Of a stretch of DNA of 44,797 nucleotides, positions 17,188 through 26,196 are shown in pieces. Within the stretch, counting starts at the first letter, position 1. Each line of letters begins with the position of its first letter. The DNA is taken from the IMG/VR virus record IMGVR_UViG_2568526230_000010; one strand, given 5' to 3'. The translations under genes were made by a program, and so were the position numbers. The DNA comes from a virus (lineage: Duplodnaviria > Heunggongvirae > Uroviricota > Caudoviricetes). The notes beneath the pieces are model-generated. The model was not told the origin of the DNA, made no database searches, and worked only from the letters and a program-made list of their open reading frames with translations.

Positions 17188-19658
17188 CAGAATCCCCCAA
17201 CAGTAAGGCGAGGAATAACGGCAAGAACAGACAGCGGCAACGGATCAAGCTGACGGATTTTTACACGTCCGTTTTTGCCCCAGTTACTGTCCAGTTTCAC
17301 TTCTACTTTTCCGGTAGCATCATCAACAGGATCATCGTAGAACTCGAATTCACGCTGTGGATATTCGTACCATTTACCGCCGGGCGTAGTCGCCCAGATG
17401 CCGCGACTGGCATTCACAACCAGAGTAACGGATGGGATCACCTGTTTTTTGTCCAGCAGCGTTTCCTGTCCGTTAATGTTGATATCCAGTGTTTCGAATT
17501 CAGCAGTTATTGGCAGGCCGATGTGCACTACAGCCCCCGGAGATTCCAGCGTGACGGCACCTCCGGAAACTACTTTCTGTGGTTCCACGTTCGCATCAGA
17601 GAGGATGTTTACGGTCTGGCCTTCAAGATGAGACAAGCCGCCAAATGTCCGGCGCGCCATCTGCCAGTTCGTGGTGGCCACATTCCTGAGGGATGGCGGG
17701 ACGTTCCTGTTAGCACGAACCACTACAGCGGTATTGCTGGTTACAGAAATAATGTCGCAACGTAATTCTTTTGACACTTCATCGCCAGTATCAGGATCAG
17801 TTCCGGTATAAGGGAACTGTAGTTGCGCGCCGACATCACTACTGGTGAAGTACGCACCACCAGAAACACTGATTGTATATTCCGCATGGTAATCCCATTC
17901 ACCAGAACCACCAGTGATGGTCATCGTTCTGTCAGACGTATTTCTTCCATCATAGCTAAGGCCAGAATCAACAAAGAAAGCATCTTCATCGCTGGTAAAT
18001 AAACGGCTGGACAGTCGCTCGATGTATCTCACTGTTTGCCCGTTAACGGTTCGGTTAACGACGAAATACACCGCATCTTCATTGCCTTCGCTGATACTGC
18101 ATGTGCTTTCATATTTTCCGGTACTGGATTGTGGTGCCCATGCAAAAACCTGCTGATCACGCAAATAGGTCATCACCAGTAATTTACCGTCATCACGAAT
18201 GCAGAAGGCACTGGAGTAAGGGACAATCGAGAAGCACCAGTCAACAATGCTGTGCTTCTGAAAAAGATGATTGGCAAGGATGGTCAGGTCGTTCCCCTGA
18301 TAGCCGTCAACATCGAATGAGTAGGCCAGATCACGGACAACGCTGCCTTTCTCCTGGACGAACAGAGCAATATTCGCCACGGCAATTGGCGGGACGTTGC
18401 TTGAGCCATTTGATCCCTGAGAGCTGAATGCAAATGATGATGGGGTTAACACTTTGTTCTGGTCGCCGGTGATGACGTACTCACCTCCGGAAGTCAGCGC
18501 CACCAGAGAACCAACATCAATCAGGTGGCGGATCTCATTAACCTGACGTCCGGCATAGGTGTAGATAATTCTGTCGTCATCCTGCGTAGGATTGCTTTTG
18601 CCAAAATCCTTATAATCCCCGGTACGGCTGGCCCAGATAGTCTGAGGAAACGCAGTCGATGCGGCGAAGTAAAGACGTTGTTGATAATAAACAACAGTGC
18701 CAGGATAACCATTAACACTGTTCCAGGCATATTTAGCCCATTTATAGCTGGCATTATCCTCGCCAACGACCTGCGAAGGGATATAGGAAATCACCTCAGC
18801 AGTTGCAGTAGTGCCATTTGCAGCAGTGATACGGGCAATGCCAAAACCACTGTGCAGATACTCCCACTCAATGCCAGTATCATCATCACCGGATCCGCCC
18901 CAGCCATCCCATGATGTGCCTTCTGTATGCGAAGGGCGCAAAGTACCTGTTTTGCCTGCTGTAACGGCGCGATAGTAGTTACTGTCTGCACGGCGAATAT
19001 CGCCAATCGACGTACTCTTACTGGTTTCCCATACCGGCACAGAATCCACTGCAGGCTGTTCCAGATAGAACAATTTGCCTACCTGCTCCGCGCCAAAAAT
19101 AGAGGCGCTTGCCGTTAACGTAATTGTCCCGGTGCTGGCGCTGGCATAAACCGTCACTGACTCGTCAATATTGATATCTTCAAATGGCCCGTTCTTCGTT
19201 ACCACATCAACCAGTTGCCAGTTGTCATGCGCATAGCGGCGCAACTCTTTCGGCGGGTATGCCGGATGAACCAGCGTAAGCACGTCTGCGCTTTGCGTGA
19301 ATTTAATTCGGAACAGATCGGCTTCAGTATATGGCGTGGAAATTTCATAAATAACATTGCTGCTGTTCAGCACCAACGCACCATCTTTGATAACGCGCAT
19401 GTACTGGTGTCCGAACTCCAGAGCATAAGTCTGAACCGTCGAGAACTGGAACGGGATCAGGCGGCATTTCCGATTTGGGTATTTGGCGGCACCGACAAAA
19501 CGCGTACCAGGTCGATTCTCAACTCCGCCATACTGCCGCACGATAAAGTTATCGCACTTGCGCAATGCCACCTGGTACTTCGCCATGTCAATACGACCGT
19601 ACAACGACGGTCCAATCTCACCACCGGCAAAGCTGGGCTGGATCCAACTGATAGCCAT
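17187..19658 (-). CDS. Tail tubular (nozzle) protein B-like
   Basis: 823 aa; size and position match T7-gp12-type tail tube proteins; N-terminal pattern loosely resembles gp12. Confidence 0.55.
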   Translation of the reverse strand: MAISWIQPSFAGGEIGPSLYGRIDMAKYQVALRKCDNFIVRQYGGVENRPGTRFVGAAKYPNRKCRLIPFQFSTVQTYALEFGHQYMRVIKDGALVLNSSNVIYEISTPYTEADLFRIKFTQSADVLTLVHPAYPPKELRRYAHDNWQLVDVVTKNGPFEDINIDESVTVYASASTGTITLTASASIFGAEQVGKLFYLEQPAVDSVPVWETSKSTSIGDIRRADSNYYRAVTAGKTGTLRPSHTEGTSWDGWGGSGDDDTGIEWEYLHSGFGIARITAANGTTATAEVISYIPSQVVGEDNASYKWAKYAWNSVNGYPGTVVYYQQRLYFAASTAFPQTIWASRTGDYKDFGKSNPTQDDDRIIYTYAGRQVNEIRHLIDVGSLVALTSGGEYVITGDQNKVLTPSSFAFSSQGSNGSSNVPPIAVANIALFVQEKGSVVRDLAYSFDVDGYQGNDLTILANHLFQKHSIVDWCFSIVPYSSAFCIRDDGKLLVMTYLRDQQVFAWAPQSSTGKYESTCSISEGNEDAVYFVVNRTVNGQTVRYIERLSSRLFTSDEDAFFVDSGLSYDGRNTSDRTMTITGGSGEWDYHAEYTISVSGGAYFTSSDVGAQLQFPYTGTDPDTGDEVSKELRCDIISVTSNTAVVVRANRNVPPSLRNVATTNWQMARRTFGGLSHLEGQTVNILSDANVEPQKVVSGGAVTLESPGAVVHIGLPITAEFETLDININGQETLLDKKQVIPSVTLVVNASRGIWATTPGGKWYEYPQREFEFYDDPVDDATGKVEVKLDSNWGKNGRVKIRQLDPLPLSVLAVIPRLTVGGF

Positions 19659-20263
19659 CAGGACAACCTCGCAATGGTAAACTCGTCAACCGGTGGCAGT
19701 GGTTCCTGTGATTCATTCTGGCTATGCGAGCCAGCACTAAGAATCACGCGATTGTACATATTGAGGGCAAACGTACCGAGGTCTGCATTCCCAGTCAGCG
19801 CCATGTTAATAGCTGCCGCAAGACGCCAGGCCAACGCCTCCATAAAAATGGCATCAAACATGTTCACATCTGAAACGCGAGATACATACTTGAGCCATGC
19901 CTGCGGCTGGTCTGTGTAGATCAACTTTCCTGTTCCGTTGGTGTCTGCACCAACTTCGTACTGAACGCGCATTGCTGCTGTTGGATTGCGTACACCAGGA
20001 AGCATAATTTCAGTAATGCGCAGACAATCGGACGGGTACTGGTACGCATATTCCCAGTCAGGCGGTGGATTGCTCGTATCTGCAAGCGCCACGCGTTTGG
20101 TAGCAAAGTTCCAGTCAAAATCAGAAAGCACAGCATCACGGCAGGCCTCAAAGTGCAGCGAACATTCCCCCGCTTCCTTGCTGGCTTCCGTCAGGCTGTT
20201 AATACTGCGGCTGTTGCCAATATTGGACAGCGCACGATTGCAGATCTCTACTACAGAGGCCAT
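19658..20263 (-). CDS. Tail tubular/adaptor protein A-like
   Basis: 201 aa; immediately upstream of the nozzle-like gene with 1-nt overlap; size matches gp11-type adaptors. Confidence 0.5.
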   Translation of the reverse strand: MASVVEICNRALSNIGNSRSINSLTEASKEAGECSLHFEACRDAVLSDFDWNFATKRVALADTSNPPPDWEYAYQYPSDCLRITEIMLPGVRNPTAAMRVQYEVGADTNGTGKLIYTDQPQAWLKYVSRVSDVNMFDAIFMEALAWRLAAAINMALTGNADLGTFALNMYNRVILSAGSHSQNESQEPLPPVDEFTIARLS

Positions 20264-20319
20264 AAGTTTCTATACTCCTGCAATAAAGGGGCCGAAGCCC
20301 CTTGTCTGATTCGCGAGGC

Positions 20320-20664
20320 TTACACGCCCAGTTCTTTACGCTTATCTGCGATCTTCTCGCGTAGCGTTTCGGCTTTGGCGTTATGGTGTGGCTTCTCGTT
20401 AAAGAGCAATTCGTACTCTTCACGGAGCTTATCCAGTTCACCATCATCTGACACATCGTTGATGATTTTGGTGCTGGTTGCTGCCATTGACACCTTTCCT
20501 GCAACTTTTGCTTTTGCCTGTCTGGCTGCATCGTTAACAGGTTCCAGTGCGCTACCAGGCTCACCTTCGTATTCGATTTCTGCCCCCTCCGGCCACAGAG
20601 TGTTATGGATATGAGAGAGGCGCAAAACGCGGTATCTTGGTTTCTCACCTGACATCGATATCAC
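20320..20664 (-). CDS. Hypothetical head-tail region protein
   Basis: 114 aa ORF in the operon orientation between capsid-associated and tail genes. Confidence 0.45.
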   Translation of the reverse strand: MISMSGEKPRYRVLRLSHIHNTLWPEGAEIEYEGEPGSALEPVNDAARQAKAKVAGKVSMAATSTKIINDVSDDGELDKLREEYELLFNEKPHHNAKAETLREKIADKRKELGV

Positions 20665-20665
20665 C

Positions 20666-21103
20666 TTAACCAGTTACTTTTGAGCGGATCGGATACGGCG
20701 TATTGGCATCAACATCAAGACTGATACCAGCAGTGAATTCGCCAGCCGTTAGTGGGCCAGTTGCGACGGAGTAGTTAACACGCAGATATCGCTGAACACC
20801 GGCAGGCACCTTTGCAGAAACAACTCGTTTACCTGCTGTCAGGGCGGTCTTTGCCAGTGCGCCACTATCATAAATAGTGGTCCATGAGCTGTTATTCTCA
20901 CTCGTCTGCAACTGGATGTTTACAGTTGCATCACCGCTTGCCGCGGCGGCTGTGTTAACCAGCGCCCAAAACTCAAGCGGGTAACCCACGCCGATATCAC
21001 GACGTTTTCCGTCAATTGGACCGAGATCGATTACGTCAGTAGAAGCCGCGGTATTCGTAACCGCCTGAGCTTCGGAGAACATCAACAGTTTGTCGGTGAT
21101 CAT
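20666..21103 (-). CDS. Capsid decoration/auxiliary protein (candidate)
   Basis: 145 aa, Ala/Thr/Gly-rich, directly downstream of the major capsid gene. Confidence 0.5.
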   Translation of the reverse strand: MITDKLLMFSEAQAVTNTAASTDVIDLGPIDGKRRDIGVGYPLEFWALVNTAAAASGDATVNIQLQTSENNSSWTTIYDSGALAKTALTAGKRVVSAKVPAGVQRYLRVNYSVATGPLTAGEFTAGISLDVDANTPYPIRSKVTG

Positions 21104-21154
21104 CTTCTTTCTCCATTAGTGGGTCTGTTACGACCCACAGGTTAATAACAGGCG

Positions 21155-22147
21155 TTACACCACGCGGGCTTCTGTTTCCAGAAGCGCATCAGTTTCACGG
21201 ATTGGTACACCACGGAATGAAGTCCACCACTCGCCTTCTGTCTCTTTTACGCTGATCGCCAGAGATGTTTTCTCCAGAGATTGCAGATCAAGAGCCTGGC
21301 CTACAGTGCGGTTCATGTAGAACACCGGGCGACCCATGCCACGATTTGTAATGCGATGCAGTGCTTTAACCATCAACTTCGCAATATTTGCGGCAGAGGA
21401 AGGTTCTGAAAGATTGCTGACATCGATGTTTGCAATGCGAACAACATAACGCCAGTCACGCAGAGCAAGTCCGTTGTCCCATTTGTAATGGGTACGGTAG
21501 CCTTCGTACTTGCCGCCATTCGCATCTTCCAGTGTCACCTGGCCTTTATCTTCCATCTGGATGCCAGCCTTCTGCCCTTTCGGGAAGATGCCATGCACGG
21601 TGTTTTCGCCCCAAACCACTAACCAGATTGAGGTGTTATCTGTACCCGTGCCACCAGCATCAATGATGTTCTGAGCATTACCCGCAGACAGGCTGGAATA
21701 GCGGGAGGACAGTCCCATAAACTGCTGAGGGTTAACGCTGGAATCACCATAAAACAGTGTCTGCGCCATCTGCTGATTCATCGCTTCAATAAATGCGCGG
21801 TCTTCAGACAGGCGGAATTCGGCGGTATTACCGTTCAGATCAGCCAGTGACTTATCGACTTCAGCATAGGTTTCCAGCATGCCAACGGAATCGGTGACCT
21901 GCACTGTGGTTGATTTGCTTGGCTGTACACCATAGTTCAGCAAACGCCAGGTAGCTGAAGGTAAACCAGAACGAATGGTGGTTCGGTGTCCGGTAGGAAG
22001 GTTCCCTTCGACAAAAGGCATATCCTGAAGGATCGGGTTAGTTTGACCGAGAAGCTCGATAATCTTATCGACTTTCCCGTTTGGATCGACGCGCTTACCC
22101 CAGTCAGCCAGCGTTAGCGCAGTTAAGCCTTTAACAGCCATTGTCAT
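21155..22147 (-). CDS. Major capsid protein (HK97-fold, epsilon15 gp7-like size)
   Basis: 330 aa; lies between scaffold-like and decoration-like genes downstream of the portal. Confidence 0.75.
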   Translation of the reverse strand: MTMAVKGLTALTLADWGKRVDPNGKVDKIIELLGQTNPILQDMPFVEGNLPTGHRTTIRSGLPSATWRLLNYGVQPSKSTTVQVTDSVGMLETYAEVDKSLADLNGNTAEFRLSEDRAFIEAMNQQMAQTLFYGDSSVNPQQFMGLSSRYSSLSAGNAQNIIDAGGTGTDNTSIWLVVWGENTVHGIFPKGQKAGIQMEDKGQVTLEDANGGKYEGYRTHYKWDNGLALRDWRYVVRIANIDVSNLSEPSSAANIAKLMVKALHRITNRGMGRPVFYMNRTVGQALDLQSLEKTSLAISVKETEGEWWTSFRGVPIRETDALLETEARVV

Positions 22148-22155
22148 TTCCTCTC

Positions 22156-22857
22156 TTATTTGCCATAGAGCACTTCGGCCGCACTACGCTGGCCTTCATT
22201 ACCACCGGTGACCATGCCATCTTCAGACATCGCCTTTCCGATTTTCACGAACGTTTTGACCAGATCAGGGTGATTACCCAGCCCGGTGGTGTTCAGATAT
22301 TCTTTGAGCTCGGGTGTCCCGAACTGGTCAAGCGCACGCTGTGCGGCGCTAAGGTTAGAAATCAACTTGTCGCCACCAATTTCTTTGTCAGCTTTTACAT
22401 CAGCAGCCCACTGCTCGGTTGTTTTCTGCCAGGCTTCTGCCTGGCGCTGCTGCACACCTGCCAGAATCTTCGGATAAGCATCAACCAGCTTTTGCGCTTG
22501 CTCGTTGGTCAGGTTTAGTTCTCGCGCCACCGGCTCGAATTCCTTCAACGCTTCTGTATCCAGCTCTACGCCTTCGGCAGCCTGAAACTCGTACTTCTCA
22601 GGCGCACCCTCTGGTTTATCGCCGCCCTTTTTTTCATCCTGCTTATCGTTTTCAGGCTTTTTGTCATCAGCAGGTTTATCGCCATCAGAAACAGGTTGTG
22701 GCTTATCACCTTCCTGTTGTGATGGATCACCAACTGGAGCAGGGTTATCACCTGCAGGCGCTGACGGTTCTGACGCGGCCGGAGCTGCTCCACCATCGAC
22801 TGGTTGCTCATTGCAAAGACGGCGATACAGCAAACGCTCAAATAAATTCATGATCAC
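22156..22857 (-). CDS. Scaffolding protein (candidate)
   Basis: 233 aa; acidic Pro/Asp/Lys-rich low-complexity N-terminal half and helical C-terminal half; positioned between portal and capsid. Confidence 0.55.
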   Translation of the reverse strand: MIMNLFERLLYRRLCNEQPVDGGAAPAASEPSAPAGDNPAPVGDPSQQEGDKPQPVSDGDKPADDKKPENDKQDEKKGGDKPEGAPEKYEFQAAEGVELDTEALKEFEPVARELNLTNEQAQKLVDAYPKILAGVQQRQAEAWQKTTEQWAADVKADKEIGGDKLISNLSAAQRALDQFGTPELKEYLNTTGLGNHPDLVKTFVKIGKAMSEDGMVTGGNEGQRSAAEVLYGK

Positions 22858-23150
22858 TCCTGTTCACTGGCCTCTTTGGCCATCTTCAAATACTGTTCAG
22901 GGCAATGCGCCATAACGCGCTGAAACAGTTCCAGCGCCAGATTGCGTTGCCCCTCATTAAATGCCATTGCCATAGCATCCATCGGAGAGATAGCGGAAAA
23001 CACCCGGCCTTTCTCCAGCACCGACCAGACAACGCGACGCCCCTGTTCACTGCTCATGACAAAGCGAATGTCATCAATTTCACGCTGTGCCATGTCACGT
23101 TGCTTACGGGCGTTTTCTTCTTTCAGTTGATCGTCTTCGTAATCTGTCAT
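22854..23150 (-). CDS. Hypothetical small protein between portal and scaffold
   Basis: 98 aa; 4-nt overlaps with both neighbours. Confidence 0.5.
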   Translation of the reverse strand: MTDYEDDQLKEENARKQRDMAQREIDDIRFVMSSEQGRRVVWSVLEKGRVFSAISPMDAMAMAFNEGQRNLALELFQRVMAHCPEQYLKMAKEASEQE

Positions 23151-24826
23151 TGTGATTGCCCACCCTGACCACTAACTGCATTCGCCATAGCTGACAAAAC
23201 ACTCGGATCCGAAGTTTTAGCTTCGCTTAGCGTCTTGGCACCCTGTGCCGCCGCCATCCCCATCGCCATCATTTGTTGCTGCTGTTGTTGCTGTGCCCGT
23301 TGCTGGCGAGCCTGCTCAACCTGTTCCTGCGGAACAATGACGGTTGGAGACACTCCGGACATATCAGCGAATGCATCGATCGCCTGATCAACGTTGAGTT
23401 TGTCGAGAGCTTCTGGTTTCGCTTGCGCAAGTTGACCAATGAAGTTAACCGTGGACGCCAGACTGGACAGGCCGATAGACTTCTGCGCCTGAGCCATGAC
23501 GGAAATGTATTCGACCTTCAGGGGCATACCTTCCATCACGTCTGGCGGTGGCGGCAGCATGTTTTTACGCACCATCATCGAGAAAGAGCGGTCAATGAGA
23601 GGATTAAGACATTCGTCGTTCAGACGCTCCAGAACCGGCCCCAACATCAGAAGTTTTTCTTCTTTCATTTCGATCACCGCTTCAACAGGCATCGAGCGGG
23701 TATTGATGTTCTGCAACATCATGAACAGATCGACAAAGTAGGCGCTGTTAATGATTTGACGAGTGTCCTGAATGTCTGCCACCAAATCTGCTGTACTGGG
23801 GTTAACCAGATAAGCAGGCCTGAAACCATCCTGACCAGTAATCTGATCGATATACGTGATGTCGCCAGGAAGAAGGGAGGCGCGCTGATTCTTGAGGGAA
23901 GTCGGAGCAACCATCGGCGGATTGGTGGCTTTATCAATCAACTGCGACTTGCGCTTCTGGAGAAGCTGCAATGCCTTAACAGGTCCAAGCGCCAGCATAC
24001 CCGGGCATGATGATCCATAAACATCTTCGCCGTTAACTTCCCAGCGCGGAGCCATAATTGGAAACTCATCGAATCCGGACTCACGCAACAACTTGTCGTT
24101 ATCGCCACCAACCTCGTAATAAACCGATTTGAATGGCTTGTTCTTGCTATCCAGCTTCGATGTATCGCGGTCAATGTTCGGGTAAACCGAATGCATCACT
24201 TCAATCCACTTCTCGTAGGTGCCGCTTTCCCACATGCTTTTTACGGATTCGCTGACGTTATTTAGCCCGAACTCCTGAACAAGCTGACGAACAGTCATAG
24301 AGAACTTGCGAAAACAGGTGTCCACACTGCCACGAGGTGAGTTAGCCAGGTAGTAACTGCCTATCGGGAATGGCATTGTGCGAATGATGTCCTCGTCATC
24401 CTCCAGCACTGCCATTGCACCAGTGCTGTATGTGCCGAGGCTTCCGTATAACTGCGGAAGAGACTGGTAGAGATTCGACTTATTGAACATATCGTTCATG
24501 CGGTTCTGCACCACCTCAAGCCACAACTTAACAGGGCCATAATCCATCATTTCAGGATCTGGCGTAGCCAGGCGAAACCACGGACGCGCGGGGCTTGTGA
24601 TGCCTGACATCATGCCGCTGGCGAGAGTGCGCGCCGCCATAGTCCCGGTCGAATCAATAATACGTGTATTGCGTCGATCGTTACGGTTGACCTCAGAAGT
24701 CAGAAAGCGGGAACCACGCGGGTTGATGTAATCACTCAACTCGCGCCAGTGCGGCTCAAACGACTGACGCTCGCTTTCAAGTTGTGCGAACTGTTTGTTC
24801 AATCGCTCTTTAGTTGTTTCCGCCAT
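23147..24826 (-). CDS. Portal (T7-type head-to-tail connector)
   Basis: 559 aa; size and composition of T7-gp8-type connectors, including the Gln/Ala-rich tail; RBS GGAG 9 nt upstream. Confidence 0.75.
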   Translation of the reverse strand: MAETTKERLNKQFAQLESERQSFEPHWRELSDYINPRGSRFLTSEVNRNDRRNTRIIDSTGTMAARTLASGMMSGITSPARPWFRLATPDPEMMDYGPVKLWLEVVQNRMNDMFNKSNLYQSLPQLYGSLGTYSTGAMAVLEDDEDIIRTMPFPIGSYYLANSPRGSVDTCFRKFSMTVRQLVQEFGLNNVSESVKSMWESGTYEKWIEVMHSVYPNIDRDTSKLDSKNKPFKSVYYEVGGDNDKLLRESGFDEFPIMAPRWEVNGEDVYGSSCPGMLALGPVKALQLLQKRKSQLIDKATNPPMVAPTSLKNQRASLLPGDITYIDQITGQDGFRPAYLVNPSTADLVADIQDTRQIINSAYFVDLFMMLQNINTRSMPVEAVIEMKEEKLLMLGPVLERLNDECLNPLIDRSFSMMVRKNMLPPPPDVMEGMPLKVEYISVMAQAQKSIGLSSLASTVNFIGQLAQAKPEALDKLNVDQAIDAFADMSGVSPTVIVPQEQVEQARQQRAQQQQQQQMMAMGMAAAQGAKTLSEAKTSDPSVLSAMANAVSGQGGQSQ

Positions 24827-24840
24827 TTCAATGACTCCGG

Positions 24841-25047
24841 TTACTGACCAAGCAGCGTTTTACCGCTGGTATTAGCGGTTGATGTGTCGCCCTGAGAACC
24901 GGTAAGCAGCGTAGAACTACGACCAGCAGCAGCGCGACGGCGACGTGTTTCTTCGTCGCGGGCATCAACAACGGCGACATCCTGCTCCTGTGGTGCTGCC
25001 TGAACTTCTGGTGTTGCAGGCACTGATGGTGAGCTACCCATGCACAT
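24841..25047 (-). CDS. Small acidic protein upstream of portal
   Basis: 68 aa; shares the initiation context GGAGTCATTGAWATG with the portal gene; stop 12 nt before the portal RBS. Confidence 0.45.
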   Translation of the reverse strand: MCMGSSPSVPATPEVQAAPQEQDVAVVDARDEETRRRRAAAGRSSTLLTGSQGDTSTANTSGKTLLGQ

Positions 25048-25137
25048 ATCAATGACTCCGTACGCAATTAAATTATTACCAATTTAACCACATATGTTTT
25101 ATTTATCGTAGAAGGTTGACATTTAACGCGCTAATTA

Positions 25138-25152
25138 TTACCCTTCAGGTAA
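25138..25152. promoter_or_regulatory. Operator-like palindrome TTACCCTTCAGGTAA next to a TTGACA -35 element
   Basis: Family member with one mismatch; TTGACA at 25116-25121 lies 16 bp upstream, in the divergent region between the portal operon and the tRNA. Confidence 0.4.
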
Positions 25153-25474
25153 CTAAAGAGTTCATTCCGGTTACTAACCTGACTGGCTTGTCGTTAAATT
25201 GAACAGGTGGAGTGAGCTTTTATTTTGAGCAGTACGGCGTATGGCACATGCGCCGATAGCGGTCTGGATACGTTTAAGGGGCACCCTCCCTTGCTCGGGC
25301 AAACGAACCAGGTAGCCGGAATGTGCAAGTCGAGCGGTTTTATTCCGCGCACGGGGATTCACCATCCCGGCGATTCGGTGTGACGCCTCGGAAGAGACGA
25401 GGGTACAACGATGAGAGCATTTATGGAGCCGCGACAAAGTGTGGCGCCTTAACAGGCTAAGTGCTCTCAGCGTT

Positions 25475-25551
25475 GTGGCATTAGCTCAGTTGGACAGAGC
25501 AACCGCCTTCTAAGCGGTTGGTCGCAGGTTCGAATCCTGCATGCCACGCCA
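25475..25551 (+). tRNA. tRNA-Arg (anticodon UCU), phage-encoded
   Basis: Cloverleaf folded by hand: acceptor GTGGCAT/ATGCCAC, D-stem GCTC/GAGC, anticodon stem ACCGC/GCGGT with loop CTTCTAA, T-arm GCAGG-TTCGAAT-CCTGC, discriminator G and encoded CCA. Acceptor stem differs from host argU as recalled. Confidence 0.85.
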
Positions 25552-25594
25552 GAATCACGCCTAAGGACCGTGATGCCAGAAGTTCCAGGGGCTT

Positions 25595-25636
25595 GGCGGT
25601 GATGGTTTCCCTTGAAGGACTATCACCGCCCTTTTT
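25595..25636 (+). terminator. Terminator hairpin after the tRNA
   Basis: 9-bp stem GGCGGTGAT/ATCACCGCC followed by CTTTTT. Confidence 0.5.
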
Positions 25637-25714
25637 ACAGCAGGACGCCATTGCGATGACTTCATGCTGTAAACCAGTACAGCCACGGAAGGCATAACTC
25701 ATTGCTTCCAGTTC

Positions 25715-25738
25715 GCCCGGTTCGCCGGGCATTTTTTT
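25715..25738 (+). terminator. Rho-independent terminator with UUCG tetraloop
   Basis: GCCCGG-TTCG-CCGGGC followed by T7, ending 5 nt before the RBS of the 25750 gene. Confidence 0.65.
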
Positions 25739-25749
25739 AAGGTGAGATT

Positions 25750-26106
25750 ATGAACGACCAGCAAATCGAAAAAGAAATCGTTGAGAAAGGCAAAACCGCT
25801 CCGCGAGTTACGCCTCAATATATCGAAAGCATCATTCTTGAAGAGCATTTCTTTACTGCTTATGACGGCATTCGTGCTGCCAATATGGGCGTTGGCGATT
25901 CATGGACAGCGCATAAATCTACAGACCTCCTGACTTTCTGCGTATTGGTACTGAAGAATGGCTTCACCGTCACCGGAGAGAGTGCCTGTGCAAGTCCGGA
26001 AAATTTTGATGCAGAAATTGGTCGGAAGATTGCCCGGCAGAATGCTGTAAACAAAATCTGGATGCTCGAAGGTTACTTGCTGAAGCAGAAGTTAAGCGAG
26101 CAATAA
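25750..26106 (+). CDS. Gp49-like phage protein (N4 gp49 / Sf6 gp66 family), moron on the opposite strand
   Basis: 118 aa; RBS AGGTGAG; sequence resembles the Gp49-like family; transcribed against the surrounding structural operon. Confidence 0.6.
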   Translation: MNDQQIEKEIVEKGKTAPRVTPQYIESIILEEHFFTAYDGIRAANMGVGDSWTAHKSTDLLTFCVLVLKNGFTVTGESACASPENFDAEIGRKIARQNAVNKIWMLEGYLLKQKLSEQ

Positions 26107-26196
26107 CACCGTGGCATGTCACAAACAGCAAGCCTATGAACTGGCTTTGTTTTATCCTCACCAGAAGATATCAACGACATTATCCCCACCAGCGAA

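Noticed and set aside
9466-24174. Numerous 60-270-aa ORFs antisense to or frame-shifted within the large structural genes (for example 11421..12062, 11849..12673, 19215..19919, 23273..24010)
   Set aside because: Each lies inside a longer ORF that is translationally coupled to its neighbours; their products are Arg/Ser/Cys/Leu-rich as expected for GC-rich antisense frames.
24790-25062. Repeated motif GGAGTCATTGAWATG upstream of both the portal and the preceding small ORF
   Set aside because: Most simply a duplicated strong SD-plus-spacer initiation context rather than a separate regulatory element; noted only as support for both start codons.
25475-25551. tRNA-Arg as the prophage attachment site
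   Set aside because: It lies deep inside the repeated unit, 15 kb from the integrase and not at either junction; the junctions are at 1162 and 41088.
25174-25732. Minus-strand ORFs 25174..25437 and 25481..25732 overlapping the tRNA and its leader
   Set aside because: They overlap a cloverleaf-verified tRNA and terminator hairpins and have no RBS; treated as spurious.
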